A DNA stretch of 41,638 nt from a bacterium. GTDB lineage: Bacteria; Patescibacteriota; Minisyncoccia; Phycocordibacterales; UBA2100. The translations under genes and the position numbers were made by a program. Below are positions 17,454-24,626 of this stretch, in pieces. Below the pieces are notes generated by a model, which ran no database searches, was not told the DNA's origin, and saw nothing but the letters and a program-made list of their open reading frames with translations. The stretch spans positions 38,962 through 80,599 of the forward strand of contig JAEUQT010000003.1 of NCBI GenBank assembly GCA_016789445.1. Reading direction: 5' to 3'. Each line of letters starts with the position of its first letter. Position 1 is the first letter of the stretch.

Positions 17454-18596
17454 TCACGGAGCGTGCGTCAGGATATTCACAGCGCCGGCCGCGATTCCGA
17501 TCCCGGTATCGGCGGTCACACCCGCGTCCCAGTGGACCACGGAGCTGAGGTGTTCAGGCGAAAGCGGCTCAACGGTCAGTGGCTGGGTCGTCGCCGTGAA
17601 CTGGGAGAAGTCGATACGTGAGAAAAAGCCCTGGAGCCATGGCGAGATTTCCGCCGGAGCGTTCAAGATGGCGCCATTCGGCAGACGTCGGATACCGGAC
17701 AGCTTGGTGAACACTTCCCCGTACGCGCGTACTAATTCCGGCTCCGCTTTCGCCAAAGAATCCTTGATCGACTGGCAGGCTGCAGTCGAACAGGTGTCAT
17801 TCGAGAGCATGCGCAGAAGGCCAAGGGTTTCCTCGGGGAGTCCCGTGGGCGCTACGCGCTTGATGAATGTCGAGACTCCCTCGGAGACAACCTCATGCTG
17901 GGTGATCGCATCCTTTCGCACGACCGTACATGAGGTGGTGGTGCTCCCGATATCGAAAAGGACGAAACGTTCTAATTCCGGGAAGTGCTCATGCATGACG
18001 GCAAGGAGCGTGCGCATGCTCGAATGAAGGGATGGAGTCCTTCCCGGCAGTAATTTTCCGAAAATACCGATGAGCGTCGCCTTAAACGATGCATCCAGAT
18101 CGCTTTCATATGCGACCACGGCAATGGATTGGGCTTTTTTATTGACCGGCTTGTTGGTGTGGTAGCCGTTAAGGAAGACCTGGAGGACGCCGGCTTCAAG
18201 GGAGTTCGCTTTCTCGAGCTCGGACGGCTGTGCGAGCGCCTTCCGGGCCTCTTCGGCGATGAGATCCTTCGTGATAGGACGCGCTTCGGTAAATGCCTGT
18301 TCCGATCGTGCAGTGCGGAATCGGGTCCATGGACTGCGGACGATGATATGGATGTCTTCAGGAATCAGGGCGACGTTGGTAGGTGCCAGAAAGGCGGTAA
18401 GGGATTCTTCAAGCGATTTTGCGATCGCTGCCGCTGCTTGTTCACGCGTGCGGTCTTCGATGGGAAGTATCGTGCGAATCGAGCGGAGGATCTGAGCGGG
18501 CACGCCGTCTGAGAGCGTCGCTATCGCGAGCGCGAATGAACCATCGCCGACATCAGCGATGAGGACCGGTTTCCCTGCCGATCGTTTGGAAAACAT
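17454..18596 (-). CDS. ASKHA-fold (actin/Hsp70/sugar-kinase-like) protein, unknown function
   Basis: 380 aa with phosphate-1-like LIADVGDGSFALAI and phosphate-2-like VLFDIGSTTTSCTVV. TATAAT 7 nt upstream of the ATG. Confidence 0.5.
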   Translation of the reverse strand: MFSKRSAGKPVLIADVGDGSFALAIATLSDGVPAQILRSIRTILPIEDRTREQAAAAIAKSLEESLTAFLAPTNVALIPEDIHIIVRSPWTRFRTARSEQAFTEARPITKDLIAEEARKALAQPSELEKANSLEAGVLQVFLNGYHTNKPVNKKAQSIAVVAYESDLDASFKATLIGIFGKLLPGRTPSLHSSMRTLLAVMHEHFPELERFVLFDIGSTTTSCTVVRKDAITQHEVVSEGVSTFIKRVAPTGLPEETLGLLRMLSNDTCSTAACQSIKDSLAKAEPELVRAYGEVFTKLSGIRRLPNGAILNAPAEISPWLQGFFSRIDFSQFTATTQPLTVEPLSPEHLSSVVHWDAGVTADTGIGIAAGAVNILTHAP

Positions 18597-18638
18597 TGCC
18601 AGAATTATACACGCTCCTGATAGAGCTGCGGTCCGGAT

Positions 18639-18733
18639 GCGGGATATGCTCCTTCCGGGTAAACCCGTTTTTCCTAGTGAAAAAACGGGCAGGTCCTCGC
18701 CAGCTGCGGGGCCCCTCCAGGAACATATCCCGC
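18639..18733. other. Composite long hairpin in the alaS-downstream spacer
   Basis: Outer arms GCGGGATATGCTCCT... / ...AGGAACATATCCCGC enclose an inner hairpin CCCGTTTTT-CCTAGTG-AAAAAACGGG and the direct repeats AGCTGCGG (18624/18702). Confidence 0.6.
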
Positions 18734-18749
18734 AACCGTCCCTTCCCTT

Positions 18750-20669
18750 TTACTGGAGTATTCCTTTTATACGTCGTATTCCTGCAGCGACGGCCTCTTC
18801 TTTTTGGATCTTGAAGGTGCCACCCTTTTCGATTTCGGCGGTATTGGTGACGTGAGGTCCGCCGCAGAATTCGATCGAGAACGCTTTGTCGAACTGCGGA
18901 TCTTCTTCCGTCGCGCCGACAGGGCCGAGGGAGTAGACGGAAACGACGTCAGGATACTTCGCGCCGAATTCGTGCTGTGCGTTCAGCTTTTCCGCCTCTT
19001 CCTTGCGCATGGTGGAGCGGGTCATCGGGAGATTTTCCTTGATGCGTTCGTTCACGATGCGTTCGACCTCTTTCTTTTGTTCATCGGTCATCTTCTCGCC
19101 GTGCGAGAAGTCGATGCGGAGGCGTTCGCTCGTGATATTCGAGCCGCGCTGCTTCACGTGATCGCCCAAGACGATCTGGAGCGCTTTGAGAAGAAGATGA
19201 TGCGTCGTGTGGAGGCGGGTTGTGGCTTCCGACGCGTCTGCAAGGCCGCCCTTGAATTTCTGCTCCGAGCCAGAACGGGAAAGTTCGGAGTGCTTTCTCA
19301 TAAGCTCCTTGAAGGCGAACTCGTCGACGGAGAGGCCCCGCTCGTTGGCGATCTCTTGGGTCATCTCAAACGGGAATCCATACGTCGTAAAGAGCGTGAA
19401 CGCCTGTTCACCGCTGATATTTCCTTCGGTCATCTTCTCGAATTCCTTCATGCCGAGGGAGAGCGTCTTCGCGAACTGCTTTTCCTCCTCCCAGATCGTG
19501 TTCTTGATGTGCTGGAACGGGGCATCACCCTGCAATTCAGGATATGCCGCCTGGTATTTCTCGATGTAGATGGTTGCGGCACGCACGAGCATGCTGTCGT
19601 CTGCCTGAGAATCGGCAAGGCCGAGCTTCATCACGTGCTGCGAAGCGCGGCGGATGAGGCGGCGTAACACATAGCCCTGTTCGGTGTTCGATGGCTTCAC
19701 GCCGTCGTTGATCATGAAAGTGGCGGCACGGACATGGTCGGCGATGATGCGGAATGATCGGATGTAGCGATCGTCGCGATATTCCTTTCCGGAGAATTTC
19801 TCCAAGAGCGCGATCGCATCACTGAAGACATCGGTCGCGAAGACGTCGGCATTGTCATTGGCTGCTGCAACGATGCGCTCGAGTCCGCCCCCGAAATCGA
19901 CATTACGCTTCGGAAGCAGCTCGAATCCGTTCTCAGTCTTGAGGAATTGCATGAACACCGAGTTCCCGATCTCCATGAAGCGGCCGCAATCGCAGTTCGG
20001 ATGGCATTCAGCACCGAATTTCGGATCGTGCTCCGTACCGAAATCATAGAACAGTTCGGAATCCGGTCCGCCCGGTTCCCCTGCCGGCATTGTGTCGGGA
20101 GTTCCTGCGCGCGACCACCAATTCTTCTTGGCGTCGTAGTAGAAGATGCGTCCACCGCGCATACCGAGACGCGAGCCGTCGGCTTCAGAACCCATCTCGA
20201 TATCCTTCGCTTCGATTCCTTTCTCAGCGAAGAGTTTTTTCCAGATTTCAGCAGCTTCGGTATCCTTTGCAAGGCCGTTTTTCTCATCACCGGCGAACAC
20301 GGTGGCGTAGAGCTTCTGCGGATCGAGACCTACCGCGTCGGTCAGGAATCCGAAAACCCATGGGAGCTGTTCTTCCTTGAAATAATCCCCCAACGACCAG
20401 TTGCCGAGCATCTCGAAAAAGGTGGTATGACGATTGTCCCCCACCTCGTCGATGTCTTCTGCGCGGAATGAGCGCTGCGAATCCGCCAAACGCGTGCCTT
20501 CCGGATGGTCTTTACCCAAGAGATAGGGCACCAAGGGCTGCATGCCGGAGCCCGTGAAGAGCGTCGTCGGGTCGTTTTGAGGAAGGAGTGAGGCAGATGG
20601 AAGGATGACGTGTCCGCGTTCGCGGTAATACTCGAGGAATGCCGTGCGGACGTCGTTGAGCGTCTTCAT
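18750..20669 (-). CDS. alaS: Alanine--tRNA ligase, short form lacking the C-terminal C-Ala domain
   Basis: 639 aa. Catalytic N-terminus (FTGSGMQPLVPYLLG, FFEMLGNWSLGDYFK) and editing-domain HxxxH (HTTHHLLLKAL). TAGTAT 6 nt upstream of the ATG. Confidence 0.92.
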   Translation of the reverse strand: MKTLNDVRTAFLEYYRERGHVILPSASLLPQNDPTTLFTGSGMQPLVPYLLGKDHPEGTRLADSQRSFRAEDIDEVGDNRHTTFFEMLGNWSLGDYFKEEQLPWVFGFLTDAVGLDPQKLYATVFAGDEKNGLAKDTEAAEIWKKLFAEKGIEAKDIEMGSEADGSRLGMRGGRIFYYDAKKNWWSRAGTPDTMPAGEPGGPDSELFYDFGTEHDPKFGAECHPNCDCGRFMEIGNSVFMQFLKTENGFELLPKRNVDFGGGLERIVAAANDNADVFATDVFSDAIALLEKFSGKEYRDDRYIRSFRIIADHVRAATFMINDGVKPSNTEQGYVLRRLIRRASQHVMKLGLADSQADDSMLVRAATIYIEKYQAAYPELQGDAPFQHIKNTIWEEEKQFAKTLSLGMKEFEKMTEGNISGEQAFTLFTTYGFPFEMTQEIANERGLSVDEFAFKELMRKHSELSRSGSEQKFKGGLADASEATTRLHTTHHLLLKALQIVLGDHVKQRGSNITSERLRIDFSHGEKMTDEQKKEVERIVNERIKENLPMTRSTMRKEEAEKLNAQHEFGAKYPDVVSVYSLGPVGATEEDPQFDKAFSIEFCGGPHVTNTAEIEKGGTFKIQKEEAVAAGIRRIKGILQ

Positions 20670-20678
20670 GGCGGAATA

Positions 20679-22718
20679 CTACCGTCTTTCCTTCATCGTT
20701 TCCAGCAAGAATGCGTAATCGAATGCGCGTTCCTTGATCCATTCGTAGCGGCCGCTCTTGCCGAAGTGTCCGCCTTCGGTCTCGATCTTGAAAAGAAGCG
20801 GATTGGTATCGGTCTTGTGTGCACGAAGGCGTGCGACCCACTTTGCCGCTTCCCAGTATGGTGTGCGGATATCCTGCATCGAGGCGCGCACGAGTACCGG
20901 CGGATAGTCCGTCGCGCGGACGTTCTCGTACGGGGATTGTTTCAAGATGTAGTGATACTGCTTCTTGATGCGCGGGTTGCCGATCTCGTCGTAATGGAGG
21001 CGCGTACCGCCGAGATTCTCATCGAGAAGCGAGGTGATGAGATCCGCCGCCGGGACGTAGACGACGGCTGCGCCGAAGAGTTCCGGCTCACGGTTCAAAA
21101 CTTGCCCCATGAGCATGCCGCCGGCAGAGCCGCCCGTGATGGCGAGCTTCTCGCGTGTCGTGTAGCCCTGCTTCACGAGGTATTTCGCGACTGCGATGAA
21201 GTCATCGCCGGTGCGATGCTTCGTCATGAGGTGTGCATCCTTGTGCCACTTCCATCCCATTTCGCCGCCGCCGCGTGGATGTGCGAGCGCGAAGACCCAA
21301 CCGCGTTCCAAGAGCGAGAGTCGTGCGACAGAAAAGTGGGGGTCGTTGGAAATACCGTATGAACCATACGCCTCGAGAAGGAGCGGCGCCTTCTTCTTGA
21401 CGTTCTTCTTATAGACGAGGACGACCGGGATCTTCACGTCGCCGTTTTTCACCCAGACACGCTTCGAGACGTAGTTGTTCTTGTGATAGAACGGCACCTC
21501 CTGCTTCTTGCGCACGGTGAATGCCTTGGCAACGACATCGTAATCGAAGGCGGTACGCGGCGTGATGAAGGAATCGTACGTGATGCGCACCGTCGTCGAT
21601 TCGTACTCGATGTTGTCCCAGAATGCGACCGTATGGCCTTCTTCAGGAAAGACCACCTTCTCCCGCTCGCCTTCAGGTGACGAGATATACACCTCTTCGG
21701 AACCGTTCTCGCGGATGATGAGCGCGAGGAACGATGAGAACGGGGCGAGACCGCTGATGGAGCGTGAGATATCGTGCTTGAGCCACGTCTTCCAGTTGAT
21801 CTTGTGCGGCTTCTGCACCGGCGTGCGCATGATCTTGTAGTTCACCGCATTCTCGTTGGTCGTGATGTAGAAAAAGCCCGCGTGATGTTCCACGTAGTAG
21901 CGCACCTTCGCGCGGCGCTCGGCGATAAGCTGCGGCTCCGCGAGCGGTTCCATCGCCGGGATAAAGCGCGCTTCGGTCATCGTGTAGTTCGCCGCATAGA
22001 TGAACAGGAACTCGCGGCTGCGGCTCTTCCCGAGTGCGACGTACCACTGCGGATCCTTCTCTTCGTAGATGAGGACATCCTCCGACTGATCGGTACCGAG
22101 ACGATGTCGATAGATCCTTCGCGGCGGATGCGGATGGTCTTCCTTCGAGTAGAAGATGTACTGCCCATCCTCAGACCATTCCATATCGGCGACTGAACTG
22201 ATCGTCTCACCGAAAATCTCCCCCGACTCGAGGTTCTTGATGTACATCGTGTGGTCTTCGTTGCCCTTCGTGTCGATCGAGTATGCGACGAGACGATGGT
22301 CCGGACTCACTTCGATGTCTCCTAAAGAAAAATACTCGGATGCTTTCGCGAGAGAGTTCTCGTCGAGGATGATCTGCTCTTTTCCGCGCTCGCCCTCACG
22401 TCGGCAGTGGATCGCGTACTGTTTTCCTTTCTTGGTGCGCACGTAATAGGTGTACGGCCCCTGCTTCACCGGTACCGACATATCGTTCTCCGTGATGCGG
22501 GCACGGATCTCCTTATAGAGCTGCTTCTGAAGCTTCTGCGATGCACGCATGCTGCGCTCCGCGTGGGCATTTTCGTTCTTCAGGTGCTCAAGAACAGCGG
22601 GGTCCTTGGCGTCCTGAAGCCATTCATACTCGTCCACACGGCGGTGGCCATGAAGAACGTGTTCCTGCGGCTTGGCAGGAGCAAAAGGACCCTTTTGAAG
22701 GAGTGGTTTCCCAGACAT
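20679..22718 (-). CDS. ptrB: Oligopeptidase B / prolyl oligopeptidase family S9A serine protease
   Basis: 679 aa. N-terminal beta-propeller (HGHRRVDEYEWLQD) and a catalytic domain with GGSAGGMLMG. Confidence 0.85.
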   Translation of the reverse strand: MSGKPLLQKGPFAPAKPQEHVLHGHRRVDEYEWLQDAKDPAVLEHLKNENAHAERSMRASQKLQKQLYKEIRARITENDMSVPVKQGPYTYYVRTKKGKQYAIHCRREGERGKEQIILDENSLAKASEYFSLGDIEVSPDHRLVAYSIDTKGNEDHTMYIKNLESGEIFGETISSVADMEWSEDGQYIFYSKEDHPHPPRRIYRHRLGTDQSEDVLIYEEKDPQWYVALGKSRSREFLFIYAANYTMTEARFIPAMEPLAEPQLIAERRAKVRYYVEHHAGFFYITTNENAVNYKIMRTPVQKPHKINWKTWLKHDISRSISGLAPFSSFLALIIRENGSEEVYISSPEGEREKVVFPEEGHTVAFWDNIEYESTTVRITYDSFITPRTAFDYDVVAKAFTVRKKQEVPFYHKNNYVSKRVWVKNGDVKIPVVLVYKKNVKKKAPLLLEAYGSYGISNDPHFSVARLSLLERGWVFALAHPRGGGEMGWKWHKDAHLMTKHRTGDDFIAVAKYLVKQGYTTREKLAITGGSAGGMLMGQVLNREPELFGAAVVYVPAADLITSLLDENLGGTRLHYDEIGNPRIKKQYHYILKQSPYENVRATDYPPVLVRASMQDIRTPYWEAAKWVARLRAHKTDTNPLLFKIETEGGHFGKSGRYEWIKERAFDYAFLLETMKERR

Positions 22719-22771
22719 ATTCGGACTCTACCACTGGAGCCGGAAAATTGACAAAACGCCGAATCCTGTTG

Positions 22772-23107
22772 TTATGCGATCGCGCCTTCGCGACGAAGTA
22801 TCTCACGCTTGCGATCCCTTCCTCCGCGATTGTAGTTCCCCAAGCCGCCGTCGGATCGCACGACGCGATGGCACGGAACATCTTCGAGATAATTAGTGCG
22901 CATGACCGCACCGACGGCGCGCGCCGCCTTGGCATTTCCCGCCTTCGTTGCGACTTCCTTATAGGTCATGGTCTTCCCTTCGGGGATCTTCCTCACGACG
23001 TCGCGTACTTTGTCTGCAAAGGATTTCACCCCGTTAGAAATATGACGCTGACGTCGAACACGCCTTAGAGACGGTTGCATATTTATTGAGATCCGGGTCG
23101 TTTTCAT
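22772..23107 (-). CDS. MGMT-family protein (methylated-DNA--protein-cysteine methyltransferase DNA-binding/active-site domain only)
   Basis: IPEGKTMTYKEVA...VPCHRVV contains the PCHRV active-site Cys motif. The N-terminal ~22 codons lie inside repeat family 3 copy B, so the start is uncertain. Confidence 0.7.
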   Translation of the reverse strand: MKTTRISINMQPSLRRVRRQRHISNGVKSFADKVRDVVRKIPEGKTMTYKEVATKAGNAKAARAVGAVMRTNYLEDVPCHRVVRSDGGLGNYNRGGRDRKREILRREGAIA

Positions 23108-23145
23108 AATCGACAGTACTGCGGGTCAGCAATTTCTAACGGGGT
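23028..23145. repeat. Family-3 element, copy B: 118 bp bounded by perfect 14-bp inverted repeats
   Basis: ACCCCGTTAGAAAT (23028-23041) and ATTTCTAACGGGGT (23132-23145). The right arm abuts the stop codon of the nuclease gene (23146). The interior shares ATGAAAA...TCAATA with copy A. Confidence 0.8.
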
Positions 23146-23991
23146 TCATAGGCCGAGTGTTCCCATCGCCGCGTTTGCATCGGAGGCCGGGACTGCGCGC
23201 TTCGCAGCTTTCTCCGTTTTAGGTGCCGCCTTCCCCGCAAACGCCATGAGCTTCCTTCCGACGGTCTCACGGTAGATGCAGTAATCACAATCATCGCTTT
23301 TCTCAGGCAAGGAATCGCTCTCCAAGCACTCCTTGATGGCAAAGAGCGTGTCTTCCACCCATGAATCATCACCCGTGTGCGGCACGAGCGTCACATCAAA
23401 TTCAAGAACCGCATCGAATGCGGCACGATCCTTGCTGGCATTCGCATAGACGAAATAACCGGTATCGGAAACCGCGAATCCGTTCTTGCGGAAAAGCCAC
23501 TGGTACGTTTCCATCTGGCGTTTATAGCCATCGTGCCAGTCCTGGTCCAAGGCCTCGATCTTCTCGTCCTTACTGGTCGATTTGTAATCGACGATAATAA
23601 GCTTCTCGTCGTTGCCGATCCACACATCGTCGACCGCACCGCACACCAGAAGTCCAGTCGGCGTATGCAGGTAGTCGATTCCCTTGAAGTTCTCACGCCA
23701 GACATCCATTTTCGGATGCTCGAACGGCACCGCATCGATTCCGTACTCCTTCATGATCGGGTGCGGTTTCTTTCCCGCGCGATGGATATCGAACTCTTTC
23801 TTGAGAAGCGCATCGACTGCCGAGTTGAGATTGAACGGGAATCCCGGCGGACGGGCGGTGCCGAGCTTGTTATCGATGTAGAAACAACGCTGGCAGTTCG
23901 TGAAGAGATCGATCTTGGAGCGCGAAAGGCGCCACCGCGGACCACCGTAATTCCAATCCGGTTTGCGATCCGGTTTATAGAAACCTGACAT
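23146..23991 (-). CDS. PD-(D/E)XK nuclease-family protein with four Cys (Cas4/RecB-like layout)
   Basis: 281 aa. GAVDDVW...LIIVDYKS (D...D-x-K), an N-terminal CQRC and a C-terminal CDYC pair. TATAAT 6 nt upstream of the ATG. Confidence 0.6.
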   Translation of the reverse strand: MSGFYKPDRKPDWNYGGPRWRLSRSKIDLFTNCQRCFYIDNKLGTARPPGFPFNLNSAVDALLKKEFDIHRAGKKPHPIMKEYGIDAVPFEHPKMDVWRENFKGIDYLHTPTGLLVCGAVDDVWIGNDEKLIIVDYKSTSKDEKIEALDQDWHDGYKRQMETYQWLFRKNGFAVSDTGYFVYANASKDRAAFDAVLEFDVTLVPHTGDDSWVEDTLFAIKECLESDSLPEKSDDCDYCIYRETVGRKLMAFAGKAAPKTEKAAKRAVPASDANAAMGTLGL

Positions 23992-23997
23992 GCACTG

Positions 23998-24003
23998 ATT
24001 ATA
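23998..24003 (-). promoter_or_regulatory. -10-like TATAAT box 6 nt upstream of nuclease ATG
   Basis: Reverse strand reads gttATAATcagtgcATG, i.e. TATAAT-N6-ATG. Confidence 0.5.
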
Positions 24004-24019
24004 ACAGAACGGTTATTTT

Positions 24020-24134
24020 CTCGTGCAGCAGCACGAGGCGAAAGGGTGAGAAGCGAAGCTTCGCAAGGCCGGAGGCGTTTGGCGCCGAGGCGGGGTCGCG
24101 CAAAATCGTAACAACGATTTATGCGTGGCCGGAG
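24020..24134. repeat. Family-2 structured intergenic element, copy a
   Basis: [CTCGTGC AGCA GCACGAG]...[GAAGC GAA GCTTC]GCAAGGCCGGAG-[GGCG TTTGG CGCC]-GAGGCGGGGTCGCGCA-[AAATCGT AACA ACGATTT]-ATGCGTGGCCGGAG. Confidence 0.8.
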
Positions 24135-24155
24135 AAAGAAATAATCATGAAATGA

Positions 24156-24611
24156 TTATTTCCCTTGATACCAATCGATGAAGCGGTGCTCCACGTACCA
24201 CAAACCGAAGAAGATGAGGACCGTGATCGCGGTCGCGAAGAGGGCAAGCGGATAGAGACCGAATCCGATGATGACACCGATGGCGGCCGCGACCCACAAC
24301 CCTGCGGCCGTCGTTACGCCATGTACACCGTCTTCGCGCTGGAACATGACGCCGGCACCGATGAAGCCGACGCCCATGACGATCGCCGCGGCCATGCGCA
24401 TCGGATCGAAATTCGAGAGACCGATCGCTGCCGCATCGACATACGAACCGATGATGGTGAATGCGGCGGCGCCCATGGTGACCAGCGCAAACGTGCGCAT
24501 ACCAGCCGATTGCTTGGCGACGAGCGCCCGTTCGGTACCGATAAGGGCACCCAGGAAAGCCGCCAGAAGGAGCTTTCCGAACATGATGATCATGGGATCG
24601 ACGTAGATCAT
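24156..24611 (-). CDS. mgtC: MgtC/SapB-family membrane protein
   Basis: 151 aa; LLLAAFLGALIGTERALVAKQSAGMRTFALVTMGAAAF is typical of the MgtC N-terminal domain. Confidence 0.85.
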   Translation of the reverse strand: MIYVDPMIIMFGKLLLAAFLGALIGTERALVAKQSAGMRTFALVTMGAAAFTIIGSYVDAAAIGLSNFDPMRMAAAIVMGVGFIGAGVMFQREDGVHGVTTAAGLWVAAAIGVIIGFGLYPLALFATAITVLIFFGLWYVEHRFIDWYQGK

Positions 24612-24617
24612 GCAAGC

Positions 24618-24623
24618 AGTATA
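24618..24623 (-). promoter_or_regulatory. -10-like TATACT box 6 nt upstream of mgtC ATG
   Basis: Reverse strand reads cgTATACTgcttgcATG. The box sits just after the stop of the upstream gene. Confidence 0.5.
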
Positions 24624-24626
24624 CGG

